Positions 1 to 8,207 are shown, counted from the first letter of the stretch. The stretch is 40,366 nucleotides of DNA from Bacteroidota bacterium (GCA_033852415.1 JAWOMQ010000179.1:1-40366), one strand, 5' to 3'. Program-made: numbers and translations. The notes: generated by a model from the letters alone, not told the origin.

Positions 1-1
1 C

Positions 2-784
2 CCCATCAAACATAAACGCAGGATTCTCGTTGTTGTGGCAAATGATTTCCAGATCCCTTTCCATGACCCGAAAGCATTGAAGCTTTTTCGGAGGTTCCTT
101 GCTATGGAGAAACCCAATTGGCTCATCCTTAATGGAGACTTCATGGACTTCTGGGAAATCTCGAGTTTTGACCGGACACCCTTAACGGGACGGACATTCC
201 TTGAGGAAATAAGTACAGGCAGGAAAATATTGAGATCACTTCGTCGCGTCATCCCCAAAGCAAGGATCACATGGATCGAGGGGAACCACGAATTCAGGGT
301 CAGGAAATATCTCATCCGAAATGCTAAGGAACTCTATGGCCTTTCATCCCTCACTATTCCGGCACTTTTCAATCTCCGCGAGCTCAAGATCAAATACAAG
401 CCATGCGGAGCTCGATCATCGAGCTTTACTGACAACTACGTCAAAGTCGGAAACCTCTATGTCGGCCATTGGAACAAGGTGGCGAAGCAGGGAGGATACG
501 CCGCGAAAGCCCTTGTGGAGGACAAGAGCGTGAGTCTCCTCCAAGGCCACACACAGCGATTCGGCGCTCACGCACGCACAAGTGTGGACGGGCGCGTCCT
601 TCTTGGAATTGAAAACTTTTCCATGTGCGAACGGAAAGCGAGCTACGTCGCAAACCCCAATTGGCAGGTGGGCTTCTCAGTGATCGAAATGGAACCGAGG
701 TCCGGTCGTTTCCAGTGGTTTCCCATCCTCATGGATCACCATCGGTTTTATTGGCATGGAATGGAATTCAAGCCGAGGAAGTAA
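2..784 (+). CDS. Calcineurin-like metallophosphoesterase (phage/MGE type), 5' end truncated by the window
   Basis: Motifs DFQ (DxH variant), GDFMD, GNHE, GH, GHTQ. The frame is open back to position 2 (PIKHKRRILVVVAND), so the true start is upstream. Confidence 0.85.
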   Translation, partial: PIKHKRRILVVVANDFQIPFHDPKALKLFRRFLAMEKPNWLILNGDFMDFWEISSFDRTPLTGRTFLEEISTGRKILRSLRRVIPKARITWIEGNHEFRVRKYLIRNAKELYGLSSLTIPALFNLRELKIKYKPCGARSSSFTDNYVKVGNLYVGHWNKVAKQGGYAAKALVEDKSVSLLQGHTQRFGAHARTSVDGRVLLGIENFSMCERKASYVANPNWQVGFSVIEMEPRSGRFQWFPILMDHHRFYWHGMEFKPRK

Positions 785-818
785 GATGTAGGCGGTTTAT
801 CCTGTATCTTGACAACGC

Positions 819-846
819 TTGATATTTGTGTCGTATATGGTATAAT
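819..846 (+). promoter_or_regulatory. Putative sigma70 promoter of the HTH-RuvC pair
   Basis: TTGATA (819-824), 16-nt spacer, extended -10 TGgTATAAT (838-846). Confidence 0.6.
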
Positions 847-867
847 GGGCGTTGAGTGATCTCTGCG

Positions 868-900
868 ACTTGCCGCTTGCGGCAAGTGACGCCTTCTTTC
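868..900 (+). promoter_or_regulatory. Element-specific motif copy 1 (palindromic operator plus directional tail)
   Basis: Perfect inverted repeat ACTTGCCGC-TT-GCGGCAAGT (868-887); core followed by N6-GCCTTCTTT. Similar copies at 8098-8128 and 9288-9318. Confidence 0.65.
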
Positions 901-967
901 GTGAGTGCGCATGTCTGGTATTCTGGTGGCGGTGGATCTGATTCCGTCACAAATGAACGCACTCACC

Positions 968-1327
968 ATGTCACAGAGACTCAACAACTATCTCCGCACG
1001 TATCGCCGCCGCAGCGGCCTCTACCAAGAGGACGTCGCGCTGCTATTGGGGTGCGAGAACGGATCGAAAGTATCCCGGTACGAGTGCTCTGCTCGTGAGC
1101 CGAGTTTAGAAAATACGCTTGCCTACGAAGCGATCTTTGGCATCCCCATCCGTGAACTCTACGCGGGGATGTATCAAAAGGTCGAAGAGAAGACCATGCG
1201 GCGGGCGAAGGAGCTCCTGCAGAAGTTATCAGCGCAGAAACCAGAGCAATGCGGAGCACGAAGGCTTGCACTCATCAAGGCACTCGCTGGTGCGCACCCG
1301 CCCCATCACGCAATTCCAAAATCATGA
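968..1327 (+). CDS. XRE-family helix-turn-helix transcriptional regulator
   Basis: LRTYRRRSGLYQEDVALLLG...VSRYE...REPSL is a Cro/C1 HTH pattern. ATG at 968 chosen; its stop overlaps the next start (ATGA). Confidence 0.85.
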   Translation: MSQRLNNYLRTYRRRSGLYQEDVALLLGCENGSKVSRYECSAREPSLENTLAYEAIFGIPIRELYAGMYQKVEEKTMRRAKELLQKLSAQKPEQCGARRLALIKALAGAHPPHHAIPKS

Positions 1328-1827
1328 ATCAGTATAGAACTACAGTGCAACGGATTCTTGCGATTGATCCTACGAGCAGAGGCTTTGGATATGCGGTGTT
1401 CGAAGGCCCGGAATTACTCATCGATTGGGGTCTGAGAGTCGCTTACAAGGACAAATATAATGTGTGTCTCAGAAGGGTCACTCGCCTTATCGAGCAATAT
1501 GACCCTCAAGTGATTGTCATCGAAGATACCAGAGCAAAGAACTCTCGTCGGTGCAAGCGGGTCCAGGAACTCCTAAACGGGATCGTTCAGCTTGGAAAGG
1601 GGAAAGGCTTTCGGACAAAATTGATAGCGTCCCCACAAGTGAAAAAGACTTTCGCCGATTCAGGTGCGTCTACAAAGGAAGAAATTGCCGGGGTCCTTTC
1701 AGCGAGATATCCTGAGCTTCTGCAACACCTCCCGCCTCATCGGAAGTGCTGGATGAGCGAGGACGTGCGGATGAGTATTTTTGATGCAGCAGCACTTGGG
1801 TATGCCTTCTTGAACTCTCTGGAGTAG
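1324..1827 (+). CDS. RuvC-like (RNase H fold) Holliday-junction resolvase family protein
   Basis: RILAIDP..GFGYAV, VIVIED, G.sTKEEI and FDAAAL match the RuvC acidic triad layout; ATGA coupling to the HTH gene. Confidence 0.75.
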   Translation: MNQYRTTVQRILAIDPTSRGFGYAVFEGPELLIDWGLRVAYKDKYNVCLRRVTRLIEQYDPQVIVIEDTRAKNSRRCKRVQELLNGIVQLGKGKGFRTKLIASPQVKKTFADSGASTKEEIAGVLSARYPELLQHLPPHRKCWMSEDVRMSIFDAAALGYAFLNSLE

Positions 1828-1871
1828 AGTGATCCGGATGCTTCTTTGAGAGTGCGGTTCCCAAGGGCCGA

Positions 1872-2930
1872 TTAAGGAGAGTTGCTGCCCAAATGATCTC
1901 GCGCGATTTGAATTATTTTTCTGGGGCTCCCTCCACACCCCCCGAAAATATACTCGATAGACTCACAAAAATCTATCGCGGATGCATTTCTTTGAAAACA
2001 GGTCTCCCGATATCCTCGAGCCCTTCTGAGCAGCTCTTCTACGCTATTCTGTCGGATATTTCCTAATATCTCAACTTTTGGTTCCCGCAAAAGAAACCAC
2101 TTACAGTTTAATCCCGTTTCTGCGTCGACAACACAATTTCCAATATTGTCAACATGCAATCCTGTGATGATCGATGGGCATATGGGTCGAGTGTAACCCT
2201 TCCAAAGTAGATGTTCAACTCTTTCCTTGAGCGACACTATATTTGCGTGATCCAAGGCCAAGTCCTGATAGGTTTTCTTCCTCAACGTTCTCCCGGCCTG
2301 TTCAAGCTCTCCGACAGAAGGGAAGATGTTCTTTTCTTTTGCATACTCGATTACTTTATCGATGCCATTAAGATTTAGTTGCGTTGGAACAATAGAGAAG
2401 GCCATATCTGTATAATCTGCGTAACCCTTTCCATAACCGGAACTCAGCAAGAACTCGGTTGCCTCGTAAATTCTTTGGGCGGCACCCTTTCTTCCAAGTA
2501 TCCTATCAAAATCGGGCTCCTCAAAGGTGTCCATCTTAAGGACAAGATTCACAGCCTTTTTGTGTAACCAGGTTGCTGTCTGCGCGTCAATCAGGATTCC
2601 ATTTGTGAAGACAGACATCCTAACATCATGAATTGCAGCCTCCTCCACAAGGCCCACAAACCTGTCGTCCTCAAGAGGTTCACCCAAACCACAAATGTAA
2701 ATCCATTTCAGCCCGCAACTTAGAGCCTCCTCCAAGAGATTTTTCGTCTCGGCTTTGGTCAACTCATTTGTATACTTACTTCCCACCTTCGGTCGGGAAT
2801 CGCAGTATATGCAGGACGCAGAAGTGCAATTGGCCGTGAGTTCCAGGTCCAGAGTGACCAAATCACCAGAATCGTGCGCCCTCAAGCACTCATCGAGCAC
2901 TTCATCACACCAAGGATAGTAGGTGATCAT
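1872..2930 (-). CDS. Radical SAM protein with atypical Cx4Cx2C motif and SPASM/Twitch-like C-terminus
   Basis: LELTANCTSASCIYC, GLGEP, FTNG; C-terminal CPS..G..C..LGNI...C..GGCGG. Confidence 0.85.
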   Translation of the reverse strand: MITYYPWCDEVLDECLRAHDSGDLVTLDLELTANCTSASCIYCDSRPKVGSKYTNELTKAETKNLLEEALSCGLKWIYICGLGEPLEDDRFVGLVEEAAIHDVRMSVFTNGILIDAQTATWLHKKAVNLVLKMDTFEEPDFDRILGRKGAAQRIYEATEFLLSSGYGKGYADYTDMAFSIVPTQLNLNGIDKVIEYAKEKNIFPSVGELEQAGRTLRKKTYQDLALDHANIVSLKERVEHLLWKGYTRPICPSIITGLHVDNIGNCVVDAETGLNCKWFLLREPKVEILGNIRQNSVEELLRRARGYRETCFQRNASAIDFCESIEYIFGGCGGSPRKIIQIARDHLGSNSP

Positions 2931-3030
2931 CGGACAATCAATCAGTGTTTGAATTGAAGAGTTACATGAGTTTGTAAATATGATGTAATCTTACCTCAAG
3001 GTCGGGCGGTTTCGTATCCATTGCCACTTT

Positions 3031-3963
3031 TTATCCCTGATTGCTAGTCCCCTCTCGCTTATTGAAATCAAATTGCAACTGCTTTGTAACCACGTGTGTC
3101 CCTCGTTCATCCATCATAGACTGCAGGGACTTAACGAATATCGCCCATGCGTCTTTGGGTTTTGAATCGACCTTATAGACAAGGGGATATTTCGCTTTTT
3201 CGTATAACTGACTCGTGGGAAACTTCACCAGTACCGTAGGCGGCTCACCATAGGCATCATAAATAATGACCGTCATATAAACCAAATATTCCGGGACCAA
3301 GAAGCACTGGATTTGTTCCTTCGCTTGTTGTACTGACAGGCCAGAGGACCTTTTCCACTCCGACGCTAGCTCCATCATCCTGTTCTGAAGCCGTTTGTCT
3401 TCGCAGGGAATCAGATATTTGTACTTTATGCCCTTCTTGAAATTTTCTTGCAGGGTCTCTTTGAGCTCTTCATTCTCAAGTACGAGGGAAGAAGTCAGGA
3501 CCCAAATCTCACTTCTCTCTCTGACGCTTCTCTCGATCCGCACCAGATCCTCGTATGTAATCAGAGATTCTCTGAATTCCCCCTCCATAAGCTGCTTTAC
3601 TGTATTTATAGAGAGGTTTAAAGATTGGATACACCTTTCACACGTGAGCGAGTTTGAAAGTACTCTGTCTATTTCGGTCTTGAATTGACCGATTTGCACC
3701 TTGGTTTCATCAAATTTCTGATCAAGCTCTTGAGTGGCCGCGACTAATTGTCGTCCAGCAGTTAACTTTGCGACAATTGCTCCTACGAAAGATGACAAAG
3801 ATACAAAAAGTATGGCCAACAAAATGTTCCTGAGTTTGAATTCCAAGAGCAAACTCTCGAGAGCAATTGTGCCAGCGACTACGCATACCACAATGACAAT
3901 ATGCACCCACCACGGCAATTCGAGTTTAGTTCCCGACATTTCCGTCCTTATATTAGTTGACAA
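3031..3963 (-). CDS. Hypothetical membrane protein: two N-terminal TM helices, coiled coil, soluble alpha/beta C-terminal domain
   Basis: Two hydrophobic stretches near the N-terminus followed by a heptad-like segment; overlaps the upstream gene's stop, so it is operonic. Confidence 0.75.
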   Translation of the reverse strand: MSTNIRTEMSGTKLELPWWVHIVIVVCVVAGTIALESLLLEFKLRNILLAILFVSLSSFVGAIVAKLTAGRQLVAATQELDQKFDETKVQIGQFKTEIDRVLSNSLTCERCIQSLNLSINTVKQLMEGEFRESLITYEDLVRIERSVRERSEIWVLTSSLVLENEELKETLQENFKKGIKYKYLIPCEDKRLQNRMMELASEWKRSSGLSVQQAKEQIQCFLVPEYLVYMTVIIYDAYGEPPTVLVKFPTSQLYEKAKYPLVYKVDSKPKDAWAIFVKSLQSMMDERGTHVVTKQLQFDFNKREGTSNQG

Positions 3964-4876
3964 CGTTTTTAGGATTTCCGGTTATGAACGCCTCAATGTT
4001 AGAAAAGCATTCGTTCACTTGTCGAGTCTTTGCTTCCACGGTGTTAAATCCAACATGAGGTGTCAAAACAACACGATCTGAATTCAACAATTCCTTTGGC
4101 AGCTCGATCTTTCCTCCTTCAACTGCAACATCAAGTCCGACTCCGCGGATGCGATGGTTCTGCAAGACCTCTATCAGATCATCAAGCACGATTATATTCC
4201 ATGTGGCCGCGACAAGAATCGCATCACGTTTCATGGTGTTGAAGCTATCCTTGTTAAGCATTCCCCTTGACTCATTATTGAGCGGGCATGATACGCAGAT
4301 TACGTCGCTTGAGGAAAGAAGTTCACCAAGAGACCCGTAAGGAACATCACCGCGCTTCTCCCGATGGCGCGTGTGCGCAACCACTTCCATGCCTAAGCAT
4401 CTGGAGATTTCAGCAACTCTCCTCCCAATTTTCCCGAAGCCGATGATTCCCATCCTACGACCCTTTAACTCCACACCCTCCAAATAACCCTTTTCAGTTC
4501 TGCCGGTTCTCAGATTATGGTCTCCAACCATAGTCTGGCGTGCCACACACAGCGCCAATCCAATTAGATGCTCCGCAACTGCTTCCGTGGCATATTCAGG
4601 TACGTTGCTGATGAGTATCCCCTGTTTCCTCGCCTCGTCCCTATGCTGAATCCATCCATACCCCGTGGACATTAGCGCAACTAGAGATGGTGATTTCATA
4701 GAGAGAATAAACCCAGAAGGATCTATCCAATCTACTAAGACCACATCCGCTCCTCTGATTCTTTCGGGTATTTCGTCATCGCTCGAGGATTCAAACCAGT
4801 CGACGCGTCCTAGTTGCTCCAGGCGCTTCGTCTGCGCTTTTGATCTTTCAATTTTCTCCAACACTACAATTTTCAT
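3953..4876 (-). CDS. D-isomer-specific 2-hydroxyacid dehydrogenase family protein (divergent active site)
   Basis: SNVPEYATEAVAEH, ELKGRRMGIIGFGKIG (Rossmann), SDVICVSCPLN, LDV, LTPHVG. Confidence 0.9.
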   Translation of the reverse strand: MKIVVLEKIERSKAQTKRLEQLGRVDWFESSSDDEIPERIRGADVVLVDWIDPSGFILSMKSPSLVALMSTGYGWIQHRDEARKQGILISNVPEYATEAVAEHLIGLALCVARQTMVGDHNLRTGRTEKGYLEGVELKGRRMGIIGFGKIGRRVAEISRCLGMEVVAHTRHREKRGDVPYGSLGELLSSSDVICVSCPLNNESRGMLNKDSFNTMKRDAILVAATWNIIVLDDLIEVLQNHRIRGVGLDVAVEGGKIELPKELLNSDRVVLTPHVGFNTVEAKTRQVNECFSNIEAFITGNPKNVVN

Positions 4877-6006
4877 TTTTTTTTGCCTCTATATATTTGA
4901 TTTACCTTTATCTTATACAGATCGTGGTCTATTGTGCAACCTTCACAAAGGAGACACCCCTGGTTCCTGTCCGGGCATATGCCGTTTTCAATCATCGCGT
5001 CCACAGCAGCCTCGCTTGCCTCAATAAGGTCCTGTGGTCTACAAGGTGGGCGGTATCTGAAAGCAGATTTATCCCACGGCTTGAATGGCAAGATGCACGG
5101 TTGTGACCCGACATCTGCCAATGCTCTCACGCATTCAATCGAATCTTTTATTGGCTCGAGCCCCACGAGGAGACAGCTTCCCACCCGATTCGGCCCCAGC
5201 GTATCTACTACTTTTTGACATGCCCTCAAATATGTAGTCTTAGGGATTTCAGATTTTCCCGGACAGATCCCTTTGCGTAGCTCATCATTCCATATCTCGA
5301 TATTAAATCCGAAGCTGCTGACGCCTGCTCTTACAAGGCGTAAAATGTCGTCATCTGATTCAGGGGGGACCATCTCTACCCATATTGGCACTTCAGGGTT
5401 ATTTTCTCGGATGACAGAGGCACACTCGCAAAAATAATCGACATTTCTGCTCAAGGGCATTCTGGTTCCGCCACCGAGGCAGACATGATATGCTGAGTTT
5501 CCCCTGAGCGCTTCAGAAACAATTTGAGCAACTTCTGTCGGACTGGCGATCTCCCATTTGGCACCCGTACCACAGAACTTACATTGTTTTCCCCCTGCGT
5601 AGTAATCACATCCCGTGTAAGCTTGATGCAGAAACTTCTTTCCTTCATGCAGAAAAAAGTTGCCCATCGCGATCCCCGTGCTAGTTTTCTTGTGACACCA
5701 GTTGCCTGTCGATACTTCCTCCACTCGACAAACAACCAAACCGTTCTTCAGCAGGGCAAGACCACTTTCAATTGCTTCCAACGAATAAGGCGATTTCCTA
5801 TCAAATTGGTGGGAAATGGTAACGAGTGCACTGCTTGCTCCATCAATAGAGATATGGATTCCCACATTACCCGTCTTCCAGTCTCCATAAGGATTCTGCC
5901 TTTGGTACATAGCCTTAGCAACATCATTAGGATATACTCCTTTGCATAGCAACTCTGCTTTGAGACCTGCGATATATAGTGGCCGAGATTGTGGTTCTTC
6001 AAACAT
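4873..6006 (-). CDS. Radical SAM protein with Cx8Cx2C motif (resembles MSMEG_0568/biotin-synthase-like clade)
   Basis: CDYYAGGKQCKFC, LGGG, FNIEIW, ICPGK, LVGLE, C-terminal GCLLCEGC. Start is ATG 6006 or TTG 6039. Confidence 0.85.
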   Translation of the reverse strand: MFEEPQSRPLYIAGLKAELLCKGVYPNDVAKAMYQRQNPYGDWKTGNVGIHISIDGASSALVTISHQFDRKSPYSLEAIESGLALLKNGLVVCRVEEVSTGNWCHKKTSTGIAMGNFFLHEGKKFLHQAYTGCDYYAGGKQCKFCGTGAKWEIASPTEVAQIVSEALRGNSAYHVCLGGGTRMPLSRNVDYFCECASVIRENNPEVPIWVEMVPPESDDDILRLVRAGVSSFGFNIEIWNDELRKGICPGKSEIPKTTYLRACQKVVDTLGPNRVGSCLLVGLEPIKDSIECVRALADVGSQPCILPFKPWDKSAFRYRPPCRPQDLIEASEAAVDAMIENGICPDRNQGCLLCEGCTIDHDLYKIKVNQIYRGKKK

Positions 6007-6174
6007 GGAGCTAATCGAAGTGTCAAAAGTTTTGATCAAGATAGCGATTTTTCGGGCCTTTTCAAAAAGGCTCGCGTGAAAAAAATACGCAGGGGGAACC
6101 GCTCCGCGATTTGATCCTTATCCGAACTCTTCATACCTTTCGGCATCAATTTTCCACCGTTCTCCTAATCCACC

Positions 6175-6316
6175 AAAGTCCCGCAACGAAGGGTGTCGCG
6201 CATGCGTGTTCGCCTCCCACACCATGCACAGCTTCCTTGCGGATTGAAAAGTCCCGTCTATGAGACCCACGTGGGTTGCTACGCCTCCCCAGTGACTCAT
6301 AACTCATAGACAGGAC
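6175..6316 (-). other. Twin-hairpin structured element A (putative ncRNA or ssDNA signal)
   Basis: 14-bp stem GTCCTGTCTATGAG/CTCATAGACGGGAC enclosing CTGGGGAGGCG and CACGTGGG; second hairpin with loop GGGAGGCGA; homologous to 10870-11024. Confidence 0.6.
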
Positions 6317-6331
6317 AGCTTTTTTCGAGAC

Positions 6332-6367
6332 AAAAAAATGCCCGCCGTATGGTGACGACGGGCTTTT
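6332..6367 (-). terminator. Intrinsic terminator after radC-like gene
   Basis: Minus strand: GCCCGTCGT-caccat-ACGGCGGGC followed by ATTTTTTT. Confidence 0.8.
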
Positions 6368-6370
6368 ATT

Positions 6371-6829
6371 TCAGAGCAATCCTCGCTCCGCGAAGCTCAT
6401 GTAGCCATTCTGTTCCGTGACGATCACATGGTCATTGAGAGGTATGCCGAGAAGCTTCCCCGCTTCGACCAGTTGTTTCGTTATGGCAAGATCATCACTT
6501 GACGGCTCACTGTTTCCCGAAGGGTGATTATGCACCACGATAACCGATGCAGCATTCACCATGTAAGCGAGCTTGAAGACTTCCCGGGGATGTACGAGGG
6601 AGGCGTTCAAGACACCCACAGAAATCGTATGAACGCCGATTAACCGATTTGCATTGTTCAGGTAGAGTCCAATGAAGTGTTCCCGATCCACTCCGCGCAG
6701 ATACTCGACCGCGATCTTGGCCGCATCTGCTGGAGATTGGATGTACGGATTCTCGACCGTGAGGTTTGCATCGTGAACGAGAATCACTTTATAGATCGGG
6801 GTTTCACAGAAGAGTCTTGGTTTTTTCAT
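6371..6829 (-). CDS. radC: RadC-family JAB/MPN domain protein (MGE type, no N-terminal HhH)
   Basis: DREHF, VHPREVFK, HNHPSG...PSSDD, DHVIV; ATG 6829 overlaps the upstream stop (ATGA). Confidence 0.92.
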   Translation of the reverse strand: MKKPRLFCETPIYKVILVHDANLTVENPYIQSPADAAKIAVEYLRGVDREHFIGLYLNNANRLIGVHTISVGVLNASLVHPREVFKLAYMVNAASVIVVHNHPSGNSEPSSDDLAITKQLVEAGKLLGIPLNDHVIVTEQNGYMSFAERGLL

Positions 6830-7632
6830 ATGCTCAGCTCGACTTCTTGTTTCGGCCGCTCTGCCTTCACCCCCACGTTCCAGATGGGGCAGAGATGCGC
6901 ATACTCGCAGTCTTTGCACCACCACCCCGTGCGCGGAAAGAAGATGCCTCCCGTGATCCCTTTGTATACCTGCTCTGCAACCCTGAAGAACATCGAGTGA
7001 TGATCCCTTCCGCGAGTCGTCATGAGGACCTCGAGTTTGGGTTTCTTGTACTTCACGAAGTTCACGATCTTCAAGGCTCGCGGTTGCCTCCCCGAGAGTC
7101 GTGTATAGGCGTACGCATAGGCCGTGAGCTGAAGGTGAGATTGGATGTCACTCTCCGTTAATGGCTGTGCCGAGGTTTTGAACTCAACGATCGTATCACC
7201 TTCCTCCACAAGATCGAAATACCCGTCGAGGTGCACTGGAAGCTCTTCTCCCGTTGAAGGATTCACAAGTGGGATCGTGAACGGAATCTCAGAACCCATG
7301 ACCTTTCTGTACGGCTCCTTGAAATAGAGTCCGAGCATCTCCTTTCCCATCACCGTGAGTTTCAGGTTCTCTTCGTTATCCTTGTAACGGATATCGGCAT
7401 CGACGGTTTGGCTGAACCAATCGACATCGAAGATTTTGTAGAGCCGTTCCAAGGATACGCCGTTGCCCTTCATCCGCTCCTGGTGAAGCCATGCGAGAGC
7501 GGAGTGGAGTGCGCTTCCGAAGGCAAGGGCGGACGCTTTGAAGAGTCTTGGAATCTTCTCGATGTACTGGAACTTGTACTTCTCTCCGCACTGGAGGTAG
7601 AGGTTGATCTGGCTGCTAGAAAGGTGTTCCAT
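6826..7632 (-). CDS. PD-(D/E)XK nuclease, Cas4/RecB-AddB-like, with 4-Cys Fe-S ligands
   Basis: LSSSQINLYLQC, FGSALH, GYFDLV, IVEFKT, QLTAY, CKDCEYAHLC. Confidence 0.9.
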   Translation of the reverse strand: MEHLSSSQINLYLQCGEKYKFQYIEKIPRLFKASALAFGSALHSALAWLHQERMKGNGVSLERLYKIFDVDWFSQTVDADIRYKDNEENLKLTVMGKEMLGLYFKEPYRKVMGSEIPFTIPLVNPSTGEELPVHLDGYFDLVEEGDTIVEFKTSAQPLTESDIQSHLQLTAYAYAYTRLSGRQPRALKIVNFVKYKKPKLEVLMTTRGRDHHSMFFRVAEQVYKGITGGIFFPRTGWWCKDCEYAHLCPIWNVGVKAERPKQEVELSI

Positions 7633-8035
7633 TGTCGCCGTCTCCTTTCACGGTTTCGAGCAAGCGTTCGATGAGTTTGCTCGCGTCGAACTTCGTGATC
7701 TCCCGAAGCGATTGCACGTTCAAGAGGTTCTTGAGGTGCTGGGTGGCTTTGTCACCTTCGATCTTCTGATCGGCCAGGAGGCGGAAGATGTATCGCTTCT
7801 GGGCATCGGTCATGGACTCCGGTTCTCCCTTTCCGTCCCTTCTCCCGTGTGTCTTGGGTGCGGCGGAGGTGGGCGCCTTCCTTTGAGGCTGCTGTCCCTC
7901 CCCATCTGTGGGCGATAAAGATTGCGGCTGAAGTTCGGACCGCATTCCCTGTGGTTCTTGTTCCGTCACATTGATTCTGAAAAGCACTGTACCGTCGGCT
8001 CTTTGCACTTCGATACAGAGTGGTTGCGTGGTCAT
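7616..8035 (-). CDS. Hypothetical protein with TxxQ...T(K)xxASxxI helical motif
   Basis: AAGGAG RBS upstream; MTDAQKRYIFRLL...ITKFDASKLIERL; overlaps the nuclease start. Confidence 0.75.
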   Translation of the reverse strand: MTTQPLCIEVQRADGTVLFRINVTEQEPQGMRSELQPQSLSPTDGEGQQPQRKAPTSAAPKTHGRRDGKGEPESMTDAQKRYIFRLLADQKIEGDKATQHLKNLLNVQSLREITKFDASKLIERLLETVKGDGDNGTPF

Positions 8036-8097
8036 ACTGTGCTCCTTTCTTGGTGTTGTAAATGTGCGACTTCAAGTGTTGCACACGGAGCCCATGG

Positions 8098-8128
8098 AAC
8101 AAGAAAGCAGAACGTGCCGGGAGCGGCA
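8098..8128 (-). promoter_or_regulatory. Element-specific motif copy 2
   Basis: Minus strand TGCCGCTCCCGGCA-cgttct-GCTTTCTTGTT upstream of the 8035 start. Confidence 0.6.
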
Positions 8129-8171
8129 ACCAATACCTCCCTGCATCGTAGCTATCATCACTTCGAGTAAT

Positions 8172-8207
8172 AAAAAATCCTGAACGGGCTTGAATTGTTC
8201 AGGATTT
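8172..8207 (-). terminator. Intrinsic terminator after DUF932 gene
   Basis: Minus strand AAATCCTGAAC-N11-GTTCAGGATTTTTT. Confidence 0.75.

Noticed and set aside
1872-6006. Radical SAM genes as viperin, QueE or a RiPP maturase
   Set aside because: Cys spacing and C-terminal domains do not fit viperin or QueE, there are no other que/dpd genes, and no credible precursor peptide ORF is adjacent
6118-6300. 60-aa ORF (and the 63-aa ORF 10886-11077) over the hairpin elements
   Set aside because: The two peptides share little beyond what the conserved GGGAGG motifs dictate and lack an RBS; the stem covariation is better explained by structure, though not fully excluded
6175-6316. Hairpins as integron attC sites or retron msr-msd
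   Set aside because: No RYYYAAC/GTTRRRY ends, and no tyrosine integrase or reverse transcriptase in the window
6826-7632. Cas4-like gene as a sign of a CRISPR-Cas locus
   Set aside because: No cas1/cas2 or effector genes and no repeat-spacer array in the window; solo Cas4-like nucleases are common in MGEs
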